From the NCBI RefSeq assembly GCF_018977255.1, contig NW_024704742.1, forward strand, positions 86,864,001 through 86,928,000: 64,000 bases of DNA, in the 5' to 3' direction. Numbering within the stretch: the stretch's first letter is position 1; each line of letters opens with the position of its first letter. This DNA comes from Callorhinchus milii (lineage: Eukaryota). The notes beneath the pieces are model-generated. The model did no database searches and was not told the origin of the DNA. It worked only from the letters and a program-made list of their open reading frames with translations. Of this stretch, positions 39,226 to 51,660 are shown in pieces. Position numbers and translations under genes: made by a program.

Positions 39226-39500
39226 GTATGCTCACCCCTCTAACTCAAATCATTCAGAGTTTTTGTTTCCACATCTACCTTCTTCCTGCAACCAAAGGCT
39301 TGGTAATACACACGACAGGCATGTTGCTGCAGGATGTTACCAAACCCAATACTGATATCAACGTGATGGACATTAAAGTAATTATTTTTTTTTGAAGCAT
39401 TCTACATTATACATTTTCTACATTAGTTTCTGCAGGATATCAATTATATTAACGCCCAAAATATAACGTTATGATCATATTTAGAATATTAGACTCGTAC

Positions 39501-39639
39501 TTGTAAGAGTAATTTCCTGTCCCCTCAGATGGAGTCTGCTCATTCAGAAATAGTGAAGTAGAGGATAGTGTGGTGGCTAAGGAGGCTGCTTCAAATAAGG
39601 ACGTTGTGCTGGGTAACAGATCTGGTCGCCTACGATATC
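39501..39639 (-). CDS. PIP5K1B: PIP5K1B C-terminal tail exon (139 nt)
   Basis: (G)YRRRPDLLPSTTSLFEAASLATTLSSTSLFLNEQTPSEGTGNYSY; contains the beta-type RPDL..ST.SLFEAASLATT motif; phase 1 to 2. Confidence 0.92.
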
Positions 39640-39787
39640 CTATTGCAGGAAAGCAAAAAAAAGAAACACAATTACTATTTTTATATAAAAAAAGTGTTCT
39701 CAATTCAGATTAGATTCTTTAACCTCTCTCCCCCCACCACCCCCTCCACACACACACAGAGCTTGGAGAAAGCAGCCGCTGATAGGA

Positions 39788-40082
39788 TCAGCTTGGCTCA
39801 GTTGGCAGAACTCTTGTCTCTGAGCCAGAAGTTTATGAGTTCAAGCCCCATATCAGACCTTTGACCTCTCAAAGTCGAGGTTAACACTACAGTGTGGATT
39901 GGGGGGCATGTTGTATTGTTGGAGATACCGTTCCTTTGGACGAGATGTTAAACCGAGACCCCATCTGCTTGTTCAGGTGGATGTTAAAGATCCCATGGTA
40001 TTATTTGAAAAGAGAAGGGAGTTTCTCCCGGTGTCCTGGCCAATAATCCCTCAAATAAAATTGGTCAATCATTTCATGGCTG
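39788..40082 (+). mobile_element. DeuSINE
   Basis: CAGCTTGGCTCAGTTGG head; Deu core to GTCCTGGCCAAT. Confidence 0.8.
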
Positions 40083-40089
40083 ACAGGTA

Positions 40090-41965
40090 AACACCCCTTC
40101 ACTCACCCACATCCTTCCCAACTCTCAACCCTGCATACTCAACAGTCGTTCCCCCACCCCACAATCTACAACCCCACCAAACCTTTCTTTTTCCGCCTAT
40201 GCCCCACTTGCACTGGCCTCCAAAATGTCTGCTCCCTCTCAAATAAAGCTCTTGTAATCCACGATTTCATTCTGGAAGCAAATAGACATTTTCGGGATCA
40301 CAGAAACCTGGCTCTCCCCGGTAACCCTGTCCCCCTCGTTGAATCCTCCGTGCCTGTTACAATTCTCACCACCCCTCCCACCCCAACCAATGCAATGTTG
40401 GGATAGCTGTCATCTCCAAAACCTCTGTATCTCCTACTCCTCAGGCTGTTTGCCCTCTTTTGAGCACCTCACCCTCTACCATTCCTCCTCTCTTTCCTTC
40501 AAAATTCTGCTGGTTTACTGCCCCCCACCCTCCCAAACATCCTGGGTCCTTCCTTGCGGATATCTCCTCTCTCTTCTCAGCCTCGGCTCTCTGCCATAAT
40601 GGGTAATTTCAACCTTCATCTATTCCCCCGCCCCATCTCCTCTGACTTTGCCGCTGTCCACTCTAAACCTCCATCCACAACCGTGGCCACTCCCTTGACC
40701 TCACCCATGGCCTAACCATTTCTGATCTGACCATCACAGGCAAGGCCATCTCAGACCACTTCCTCAACTCCTTCTCCTCTCACATCCATCTCAAAACCGA
40801 CCCACTCCCCCTGGTACAACCGTCAGCCTTTGGTCCTTCAAATCCCAAACTCGGTTGCTTGAGTGCAAATGGCACAAAAACGGCCTCACAGTTCATTAAC
40901 AACTGTGGCTCGAGCATCTTCACACCTACCGCCGCTCTCTCTCAAGCCAAAACCGCTTTTTACTCACAGGTCATTCTCAAGGCCAAACCCAACCCCAAAA
41001 TCAGATTCTCCACTACCCACCAACTCCACCACGCCCCCTCTCAAGCCTCCTCGATCCTCACTTCAGATGCCAAGTGTGAAGAGGTCCTGGACTACTTTAC
41101 CTCATGTCGCCAGATGCCCCCTCATCTCCTCCAACCTCGGTTCCTACCACACCCACCACCCTACACTCATTTGCCCCCATCTCTCCCTCCACCCTTTCCC
41201 CCACCATCACCCAGATGAAGTTCACCACCTGCTTTATAAATGGAATCTTGTTGTTGTTGTTGTTGCTGCTTCGACCCCACCCAGCTTTTGGTCACTCAAC
41301 TCCCCCTCCTCTGCCCACTGCTGGCTGACACAATCAACCAGTCCCTCTCCTCAGGCTCTGTCCCACTCCCCCTCAAATCACCTGTCATCAATCCCCTCCT
41401 TAAAAAAACCCACCCTCAATCCCTCCAATCTCACAAACTTCAGATCCATCTCAAACCTGCCTTGCTGCCAAAGTTTTGGAGCACGTCGTTACAAATCAGC
41501 TTTGCTCACACCTCTCTCTCCACTCCCGACTCGGACCCCTCTAGTCCGGTTTCTGCCCTGCCCACAGCACAGACAGCGCTCATAAAAGTAACAAATTGTG
41601 ACCAGGGCTTCCTCTGCCTCCTCATTCTCCTGGACCACTCTCCCGCGTTTGACACAGTTGCCCCAACCATTCTCCTCCACCGCCTCTACTCCCTCATCCA
41701 TCTTAGTGAGACTGCATTTGCATGGTTCGAGTCCTACTTAACTTCTTAACTACAACAATACATTTTGGCATATGGTTTTCCCTCCTGCCCCTGCACAGGC
41801 ACCTACGGGGTACCCCAAGGATCCGTCCTTGGCCCCTTTCTTTTCCCGCTATATCAAATGCAAGGTTTATTAGTATTATCTACATGCTCCCTCGCAGTGA
41901 TGTCATCTGCAGACATGTGGTCAACTTCCACATGTACGCGGATGACACCCAAATCGTGCTTAAGG
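40090..41965 (+). mobile_element. Old L2 ORF2 relic, endonuclease through RT, internally deleted
   Basis: ALQNVCSLSNK...GITETWL endonuclease start; [26 protein letters not shown]. Confidence 0.88.
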
Positions 41966-43267
41966 TGTCAGACTCCGCCACTGTCAAGAGCTCCGGGATG
42001 CTACCCCCCGTGATGGATGCTATATAAATGCAAGTTGTTGTTGTGCGACATTGCAAATGGGGTTCTGCCTTCATCTACAAATCCAGGGCTTTTTGGATAT
42101 ATGCTGTGATGTAGCTTACAGCATTGAGCTAAACTGCATGAAAATGGCAACTTGAGCTAATGTGCATATACACCCAACTTTCCAATGTATTACATAAAAC
42201 CATGCAGTGTGAAACCCAAAGCCACTGAGATATCAGTCACCCGAGGGTGGAGATTGTAACAAAGCATTCATTAAAAGGCCACCTGAAGTGTCTGATTAGT
42301 TTCTCCTCATAACATCAACACTAATATACAACATTCCATTCTACAAAACTGCAGTGACTGAATATCTGCTGTGCACAATTAGCTTACAGTATATTCTGTG
42401 AAGCGCTTTGGGACGTCTAGAAGATATGAAAAGCGCTATATCAAATGCAAGGATTATTATTATTATTATTACCTAGCATCGAATCACTTTTCTACAAAAA
42501 AAGTCAATATTACCATCTACTGAACTACATAACGAATGGAAGATGTTCCTATGCATTTCAGAAGACTTCCCCTTGAATCAGTTTTCTGAGTAAATTTTAA
42601 CAACATTTATTTATACTCTCTACTTGTATCAAAAAGAGAGTAGTAACTAGCAAATTTACAGAATAAAGTGGACCTTTCAGTATTGCAATAAATTGTACTA
42701 TTTCTGCCAAAAGTACAAATGTTTTTTCAAATGTTAATAAAAAGAGTTACCTGGACAAACAGATGATTTTAGGATACTGTGGTCATCTTATCAAATTAAA
42801 ATTGACAATATTGTTGACGATGTATTCTAACATATTAAACACACGCACATACAAGGTACGTTTCTGTGTTAATAGACACTTGCTTACAAATAGTATTACT
42901 AAAATGAAACCCAGAAGTACAGCATGAAAGAAAAAAATCATTTTTGTTTAAATATAGATTTTAGTTTTCCGTTAGAAGCATCTGGGTACAATCAAGCCAA
43001 ACAGAATGGAATAAACAGATCCATACTTTCTCTCCATCAGTGGCATATTGTGTAATTACTGTGGCCATCTGGCCTCTTTCAATAAAGACCCTTGACTAGG
43101 CAGCACAACCAGTTTTAGCCAAACCTTTATCTATACAAATGAACATTTAAATACTAATCACAAAGAAAACAAACTTACATCAGTCCTTGCACATCTGCTC
43201 ACATCACATTTCATTTCTCTCAGCTAATTTTTCACATGGATTAGCAGTCCTTTCCTATTGAATCAAA

Positions 43268-44452
43268 TTGATAGTTGACGTTTTCAGATGATTCTCTAGC
43301 TTCCTATTGAAGACTCGATCCATCATTTTTTTTAGAGCAGTTGCTAGTCATTTTGGTTTTCCTGAAATGGAAAACTCATACTCGAACAGTTGGCGTAACT
43401 GCTACCTGCTTTTATACATCTTTGAAATACTGTAATTGAAAATAAATACAGTATTTTGCATTTGGTGGACAATCCCACACAGCAAGATCCCCCTGGGTGC
43501 AGGCAAGGCACTTTCTTTGGGGGAAAGGAATGAAACGATGAGATGTTTTATGCATTTCATACACAGAGATGTTTGCAAGCTGGATCATCCTCTTGTTTGT
43601 ATTTTGTACACCATCACAAAAAAAATGATTTGATAAAATGAAATCTCACACATTATGCGGAAATTTAGGAAGTTAAGACCATTAAATCCACTGAGCCCAG
43701 TCTGTCAGACTGTTCCACTACACTGTGCCCAACTCTGCCCCCAACCCTTCCTTGTCAATGAATTCTTTAATATTTCTAATTCTATCTATCACTTTCTTGA
43801 ATGATTCAATTGATTTCTCATTCATGGCTTTCAGGGGGAGTATTTCCAAAGTGTTAGATCACTTTGCAAGAGGAAATTAATTCTTGCAAAAAAACAAGGC
43901 CCCTGTAGCAGATTGCATGCTCAGTATCCAGGTTAGAGAGCAAAACATGTTATTGAGAAACCTAACCATTAACAAGTGTTTTTTTTAAAAAAGGTCTGTT
44001 CCCAGTAGGGTCAAAGATGTGAGGTCATCTAATTTCAGGCAACCAGTGACAGTGTTAAAACCTTTCCAACTGCAGAATGAAAAGCTCCTTATTTTGACCC
44101 AATTTATATCAAATGGGACCTTACAGTTTTTAGTCCAGTCTGTTCAAGAGTTGAAAGAGCAGTGCTCACCAAAAAAAATTTAAAACTAAGTAAAACAACC
44201 ACAAAACTTCTTAAAATGAATCCCTATAACTTCTGATTGCAATATACAATTTCTGATTGCAATGTCGATCAGCTCACTGAGAAATTCATGACCAAATTCA
44301 GTGAAAAACTAACAAGAGACTATCAAGCTCAATTAAGGTGGCAAGTTACTCTTCACATATAAAGTTTGTAGATTCTTGGCTCCATTCAATGATATTTCCC
44401 ACCACGCACACAAAATATACCTAGAGAATCATCTGAAAACGTCAACTATCAA
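43268..44452. repeat. Perfect 32-bp inverted repeat with 1121-bp spacer
   Basis: TTGATAGTTGACGTTTTCAGATGATTCTCTAG at 43268-43299; exact reverse complement at 44421-44452. Confidence 0.95.
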
Positions 44453-44807
44453 GTTTGGAGGAAATTGAGAATAGGCATTTGAATATTGAAGCATGATCCC
44501 TGCAAGATCACTCTATACATAAGTTTTGTTAAAATCAGTTTAAGTGTTGGAAAACAGATGTGTTAATGCCCATACACCCAAACAATGGCACTCCCAAATT
44601 CTGGTTGAATAACGATGAGCAGGACCGAAGATGATTTTGCCCTATTTTGAGGCATTGTGTGTAGAGAGAATACATCAATTAACCTCAAGATCTTGAGTTT
44701 AAGGCCCATTTGACATCCAACCAATGTATTCAATACATCATTATATCCCTCGGTTTGCACACAAAACTCCCCCATAGATGAGGCCAAATACAAGTACTGT
44801 ACATTAC

Positions 44808-44966
44808 CTTCTTCGTCAAGGCTGGAATAGCTCCTGGTGCCGTATAACGTCTCATTTCTTCCATCTGTTAGCTCTTGCGTGGGCCCAGGTGCTGGAACTT
44901 CTTGTCCTGTGTATTTAATAGCTGGAATGGAATTCCGAGCTCTCTTTGAAGGAGATGACCTCAAAG
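44808..44966 (-). CDS. PIP5K1B: PIP5K1B C-terminal tail exon (159 nt)
   Basis: (S)LRSSPSKRARNSIPAIKYTGQEV...RSYSSLDEE(G); ttttcacag / gtaatg; phase 1 to 1. Confidence 0.9.
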
Positions 44967-45107
44967 CTGTGAAAACAAAAAGGGGGACTATAAATTTCAC
45001 TTTATATTCAACAAAAACTTTAACATTTCGCTTCATTATCAATACACTTTTGGATTTTAAGAATCTTGTGTTTTGGTCAACTGGTAGTTTGAAACAAGCT
45101 TAATCGG

Positions 45108-45790
45108 CATGCTTAAGAGTATCCAAACTAGACTGAGATCCACCTACATATGGAAAGCCCACTCTTCCTAGAGGGACACTTCCTGCGTACCTAATTCCAG
45201 AGAGTATTAGGCACAGGTAGGCAAAAGCCAAGGCTAGTGGACCCCAGAGTAGGCATTGGGGTGCTGCTGGAGTTCAACCAGCTAATACCTTATAGCTTGT
45301 CATTGACAACACTGTCTGGTAAGCTTCCAGCTAGGGCTACCATAACCATTAGGATTTTGTCTTTCAGAGATCACAGGAGCTGAGTGGGAAGAATTCCTGT
45401 TCCCAGTGACTGGTCTGCCCTTCCAAGACCTACTAATGAGCCAGGTAGGCTGGGTTGTTGTCAGCAGTGCTCTGGAATATTGTGGGCCCATCTGTCTCAG
45501 GAACCAGGCTAGAGTCCACCAGATGATTGACTTAATTCTGACATTTCAGTGCCAAGCACGAATCAGTCACCTGATAATAATCCTTGCATCTGATATCGTT
45601 CCTTATCATGTCTTTGAGACATCTCAAAGCACTTCACAGAATATACTGAAAAGTGAATTGACTGTATATTTTGTGGACGAAACGTGGCAGTCAATTGTGC
45701 ACAGCAGTGTCCCACAAACAGTTGTGGATTGAGTGACTAAATTACTATTTTTAAAATTTATTTTTTGAACCTTGGAGCCAGTTCAGCATT
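45108..45790 (+). repeat. Unclassified repeat, copy E (split by a SINE 3' half at ~45572-45765)
   Basis: TTAAGAGTATCCAAAC... at the start; resumes ACCTTGGAGCCAGTTCAGC after the SINE. Confidence 0.8.
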
Positions 45791-46373
45791 CCTTCCCTGA
45801 AGCACTCAGAACCGTGTAGGTGGAGCTGAGTGAAAGGTGATGGAGAAGAACAGATTGATCAACAGCATCAAAGGCAGCAGGCATCAAGAAGAACAAAATG
45901 ACAGAGAGAGCCCTGGTCACAGAAGGACAGAATGTCGTTTATGACCGATTAGTCTCTGTAGTGTGAGAAGCACAGAAACCAGATTGGAGGGGTTAATGAA
46001 AGGAATGCTGGGAGAGGTAAGAGCAAAGCTAGGAAGCAACGACTCGTTCCAGAACCCGGAAAAGGGAAGTTGGGGATGGGATGGTAGGGAACTGAGAGGC
46101 TGGGGATGATGACTGCTGTTTTCAAGGGTGTGGGAACTGTGCCAGTGAACAAAGAGAGGTTGACTACGACAGTTAGTTTCAGCTTTCTACCAATAGCTTT
46201 ACAAAATGAATTAAAGAGAAACCCCAATTACACCAATTTGCAAACTATGCCTCTGATTTGACCGTGTTGATTTCGGTGTTTGGGGATTGGAGGCGGGAGA
46301 GGAAAAATAAATCACTCTTACAACATTGTAAGTTCTATAGCACTAGGGTAACGAGCACAAATCTCTTACTCAC

Positions 46374-46458
46374 ATTGTGACTTTTTGAAAACTTTACAGT
46401 TCATGAATTTCAGAAATCTATCAGCATAGAATCCAGGCCTATGGACAGACACAGAGTC
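46374..46458 (-). CDS. PIP5K1B: PIP5K1B exon (85 nt), end of kinase domain
   Basis: DSVSVHRPGFYADRFLKFMNCKVFKKSQ; cag / GTGAGT; phase 0 to 1. Confidence 0.96.
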
Positions 46459-46794
46459 CTGTGAGAAAACAAGACAACAAGTCAATTCTTTAGCTTCCAT
46501 TTTGTTGGACTTAATATCAAAGTACTTTAAGAAGCCTAATACTCCCAACAAGGCAATGAACCACTTCCAGATAATACCGTGCTCTTTAACTTGAAACTTT
46601 AAATTCTGGAACAAATTGATAAAAAGTACCAGAAAACACAAATCGTCTGTTTCAATTTCTGCAAAGTTGTAGTGAAATATCAGAACATTTCTTCCTCCTT
46701 TCCCATCAATCATTTTACTGCCTAGACCTATCCTGGTAATTGCATTCTTTAACTTATGCTCTATTGGTCAAGGAGAAATAAAATTCAAGCCTAC

Positions 46795-46843
46795 TCCATC
46801 ATAGACGAGTGCTTTCCAGGAGTGTTCCAGCTTCTTAATGAAC
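46795..46843 (-). CDS. PIP5K1B: PIP5K1B exon (49 nt), activation loop
   Basis: (R)FIKKLEHSWKALVYDG; contains the type-I specificity Glu in LEH. Confidence 0.96.
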
Positions 46844-47616
46844 CTATTGAGAGGGGCAAAAAAAAATGTATTTTAAAACCAAGATTGGATTTACACTTTA
46901 CTTATTGATTATAAACAATGATGTTGGACATTGTGTCAGTGACACAGAATTACACACTGTTCCGCCCCAAAACATTCGGCCAATTAGTCAGTGCTGGTGT
47001 TTATACTCCACATGGGCCCCTACCCCTCCTAATACCCTCTTCCATCCCCCTCTTTTTCCCTCTCCCTTTTGTATGACTGTTAATCTGTGGGTGAATACTC
47101 CTAATTTCCAAACAAGTTAGTAAATCTTTAGTAACTCCTTATGTTTATCAATACGGTCATCTACAGAACTGACCCTTATTCTGTTTCCGTTCCTCTCCTC
47201 ACCGTCAACTTTCTTACACCAATAGACTGCAGCTCTAACTTCTTAATATCTTTTGCAAAAACATAACATTTTCAATTCTCACAGCAACCCCTTAGAATTT
47301 GCTGATTTACCACCATGCTAATTTACATCGGCTCTGTGCCTATTGGGAAGTGTGTTGAGTCAAACTCATTTCATCCAGGACTCTTCAAGCCACTGGTGAG
47401 AGGGTTAAGACCATCAGCTTGGTAACCCTATTGATTCTTTAAGACTACGCAGCTGGGTTTTAAAAAGTCTTTCGCAAAGAGTCAAAAGCAACATAGATCG
47501 GTAAATGACATTTAACATATGTCTTCATTGGTATGGGATATCTGTCTTGGATAGTAAACATACCTGCACCAACCATTCCCCCTGGAGTAAAATAATGATA
47601 TTCATGTTATCCGTAC

Positions 47617-47700
47617 CTGTAGGACTGTAGAATATCAATAATGGCCATGTAAAGTAGAAGCCGCTCTCCTTTATTATTCTTGGCTGGTATGCCTCCAATT
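47617..47700 (-). CDS. PIP5K1B: PIP5K1B exon (84 nt) with IIDILQ motif
   Basis: [27 protein letters not shown](R); ttttag / gtacgg sites; phase 2 to 2. Confidence 0.96.
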
Positions 47701-48628
47701 CTAAAAGAACAAAATCCAGAAAAAACTTATTAGGAACAAGAGTGTGTGGGAAGAGAAAGAGGAAATTTCATGTTCCCAACTCTGAACCCTTAGCTATATA
47801 AAGCACAATTCAAGAGCTGCCACATGCAAAAAGCTTTATTTTTCCTGTTTGAAATGTTTATTAAGAAACTCCACCTTTGTCGCTCATGTTACTCGTGCCT
47901 TCTTAGATAAAATCAAACAACTGCAGAGTAAACCACTCTCTCCCCCAATTTTACTTGAGCAAATGTACCTGAACACCAACCTTAGAATAGGATCCCCTAT
48001 TGCACTTCTGTGATTGTTACTACTTCCCACCATACTTTTGCATGAAGTTATATGAAGTGGTCAAATTGAGTGACATCCTGCAGATAATTTATGACGTGGC
48101 CCTACGTTCACCAGAAACAAAGTTGACAATACGCAAACTCACTTTATACTCAAACCTTACAACAGATAGACAGATGTTCATACCCATCATTTTAAACTGG
48201 ATTCAAAGCCAGATGCTATATGTCGGATGACAGTTTGCAAACCCAGTACAGCTCACAGTCCTCAGTAAGGAAACTTAAAAAGAGAAAGTATATTGTCTCT
48301 AATTACCACTTGATTGCAAATGTCCATGAACTTACTATCTTACCATTTACCTCTTGGTACCAGATTTTATGCCTTAAAACTGCTGATCAATGATTAGAGG
48401 CAGGCTAGGCACGGATTGAAAATGCAGTATTCATGACCTGGGCTCGCAAATGTGCCAAGAGTTGCAAACACTCCTGTTCGTCTCCTGTTACTCCACTGAT
48501 CCATGGGAACGCCACAATCTACATCCAGGTGGGCACTGGATTGGTGTCTCCATGGGTTAGCGTGATACATTTAGTTAATGGCAGAAGCCCCCATTTTCTA
48601 GTTGATATTTGGAAGCCAATGAAATATT

Positions 48629-48910
48629 AGTCCTGTAGCTCAGTGGTTAGAGCACTCGCCTCACAAGCGAGAGACCTGGGTTTGATTCCCATCAGGGTGA
48701 AATCTTGGGCAAGTTTCCTAACTCCACACACCTGATAATAATCCCTCAAGAAAAAAAAACAATAATAAATTGGTCACTTCAATCCACGACTGTTTGTGGG
48801 ACACTGCTGTGCACAATTGGCTGCCGCGTTTCGCTCACAAATATACAGTCAATTCACTTTACAGTATTTTCTGTGAAGCACTTTGAGACGTCTCAAAGAC
48901 GTGATATGAC
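48629..48910 (+). mobile_element. tRNA-derived SINE
   Basis: A/B boxes, shared body and stem-loop tail. Confidence 0.88.
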
Positions 48911-48994
48911 TCAAAATGGATACACAAAATGTTCTAAAGAAACATTATGAAAAAGCTGTATATAATCAAATATCAGACCACTAAACAAGTTAAG

Positions 48995-49862
48995 AAGAGA
49001 TCAAGAATATAAGCTTGATGGTACAATCTTAAAGGGGGTGGAGGAACAGAGAGACCTGGGGGTTCATAAGTAAATCTTTGAAGGTGGCAGGACAGGTAGA
49101 TAAAGCTGTTAAAAAAGCATACGGGATACCAGGCTTTATAAACATGGGCCTAGAATACAAAAGTCTGGAAGTTATGATGAACTTTTATAAAACATTAGTT
49201 AGGCCTCAGCTAGAGACTGTGTTCAGTTCTGGGCCTCACACTTCAGGAAGATGTAAAGGAATTGGAGAGGTTGCAAAGGAGATTTACCAGGATGGTACCA
49301 GGAATGAGGGACTTCAGTTATCAGGAGAGGCTAGAGAAGCCAGGATTATTCTTAGAGCAGAGAAGGTTAAGAGGAGACTTAATAGAAGTTTTCAAAATTA
49401 TGAGGGGATTCGAACAAAGAGAAACTATTTCCACTGGCAGGTGGGTTGGTAAACCCGAGGACACCGATTTTAAATAGTTGTTAAAAGAAACAGAGGGAAG
49501 GTGAGGAGAAATTTGTTTACACAGCGAGTTGTTTGGATCTGGATTGCATTGCCTGAAAGGGTGGTGGAAGCCGATTTGATAACAGTTTTTAAGAGAGAAG
49601 TAGATAATTATTTGGGAAGGACAAGTTTGCAGGAATATGGGGATAGAGCAAGGGAGTGGGATTGAATTGGATAGCTCTTTTCAAAGATCCTGAGTTGTGC
49701 AAGGATGTTCATGCTAAGAGCCAGTTCATGCTAAAACACTAGTTAGGCCTCAGTTAGAGACTGTGTTCAGTTCTGAGCCCTACACTTTAGGAAGGATGTA
49801 AATGCATTGGAGAGGGTGCAAAGGAGATTTACCAGGATGGTACCAGGAATGAGGGACTTCAG
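48995..49862 (+). mobile_element. CR1 LINE fragment with an internal ~130 bp duplication
   Basis: QVDKAVKKAYG...YKTLVRPQLE...ERLQRRFTRMVPGM; 49188-49317 is repeated at 49732-49862. Confidence 0.9.
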
Positions 49863-50504
49863 CCACACACCCACCCCCAATACAACAACAACAACAACAA
49901 CAAGATTCCATTTATAGAGCGCCTTTCACGTCAGGAGGACGTCCCAAGGCGCTGCACAGTTGGGTCATGACCCGTTTTTAAGAGTTTTTAACAATGCCCA
50001 ACATTGCTTAACAAGAAGCCCAAAGATGCAGCTGCTGAAAAGAAACAACTCCATTGACAATAACCCTTTGATGCTCTGCAGCAGTGGAATACATGGAAAT
50101 TGGGACGATCTTCAACCACCTCCCTAGACAACTTCAGTAGAAGTCTATGGTGCAGAATTGCTACATCTTGGACCAGTGAAAGGCATTATATGGCCTGAGA
50201 CTATTTGTGACCCTCCTCCAAGCTGTCGGTCCCAAATAGCCTTGCTGTGCCTTCTGCTTTTGGGGATTCTTTCATAGTCTAATTGTGTGATGCTGACTGA
50301 ATAAAATGCCGTTCTCAAAATTCAGCAACACTCGTAGGCTGTCCTGGTATCCACAGGACAAGTGAAGGGAATATTTAAATCATACTGTCTAGTAGAACAA
50401 ATGGTCCTAGCTTTCTCTTCCTCCTGCGCCTTTTCCTGTGGCTAAATGCCTGACCTCTTCTTAAGAGACTGGCCATAGCGGAATGATCAAACTAGGACTC
50501 TTCA

Positions 50505-50725
50505 CTAGTGAGAGAAAATGACTGAGGGGACCTCATGGAGGTGTACAAAATATTAAATGGGATTGAAAAAGTGAACCCAGATCAATCATTTAGGATGTAT
50601 TGTGACAGTAGAACAGGACGACATTCAGTATTGAGTTGTAAAAGGCAACTTCAGGTCAGGTACCAGGCAGTTTTTCTTTACGCAGAGGGTAGTCAACGAC
50701 TGGAACAAGTTGCCAGGAAAGGAGG
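50505..50725 (+). mobile_element. CR1 fragment
   Basis: LRGDLMEVYKILNGIEKV...QRVVNDWNKLP. Confidence 0.8.
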
Positions 50726-50864
50726 TATCAATCCGTGAGGATACACAACATTTTTTTGTGCAATCTAAGAAATTAAACAATTCAAACTGAAAACCAATGA
50801 TTAAATCTTTTCTCCACCGAGTATAATGATTGGCTTCACAAGAAAATACACCGAGTTTACTCAC

Positions 50865-51070
50865 ACATCCTCCGTTCCAAGAGATTCCTTCGATTTTGTA
50901 GCTCCCTGTATAGATTCCAGGGCTGTGGAATACAAGACCTTCTGCCCTCCTGGGCGTTTCCCATCTGATGCTGTTTGGAAACTCTCTAACTCATTTTCAT
51001 TTTCAGCTATGTCCAAGTTATGGATTCCCAATAACAGACTGTAGTCCATGATTTTGAAACTTTCTAATAC
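50865..51070 (-). CDS. PIP5K1B: PIP5K1B exon (206 nt): MDYSLL catalytic motif and kinase insert
   Basis: [20 protein letters not shown]...[14 protein letters not shown]...ED(V); GT|gtgagt, phase 0 to 2. Confidence 0.96.
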
Positions 51071-51300
51071 CTGGTGGCATACAAATCACAATTCATCACC
51101 CGGCTGCAGTGGAAGAAATCAATAGCAATTTCATGCTTGGTGCCATTGACTTAGCACCCAGGTTTCAGCAGTTACATTAATGTCATCATTCAAAATGAAA
51201 AGGTTCCAAATATATACGACTCCACAACCCGAGAGTTTGAGACAAACCGAGGTCCTGTTCTGGCTGTTCAGGTGGATGTTAAAGATTCTTTGTCATGATT

Positions 51301-51660
51301 CAACAACAATAACAACAAGATTCCATTTATTGAGCGCCTTTCACGTCGGGAGGACGTCCCAAGGCGCTGTACAGTTGGGTCAGGACCCGAGCAGGGGGGA
51401 AATGGTCAGGGTGAGGGGAGGGAAGGGAGGGAGCGAGGAGGGGTAGAGAGTCGAGAGGGGAGCTGAAGACACGGTCAAAGAGAAAGGTCTTGAGACCGGC
51501 CTTGAAGGAGGAAAGGGAGGAGGCAGCGAAGGCACTGGGGGATAGTGTTCCAGAGCCTCGGGGCTGAGAGGCTGAAGGCCCGGCCACCGATGGTAGGGCG
51601 GTTGGTGCGGGGGATGTGGAGCAGACCGGAGCCAGAGGAATGGAGGGTACGGGCAGGTAA
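51301..51660 (-). mobile_element. L2 3' fragment, young subfamily
   Basis: Highly similar to 37222-37580. Confidence 0.9.
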
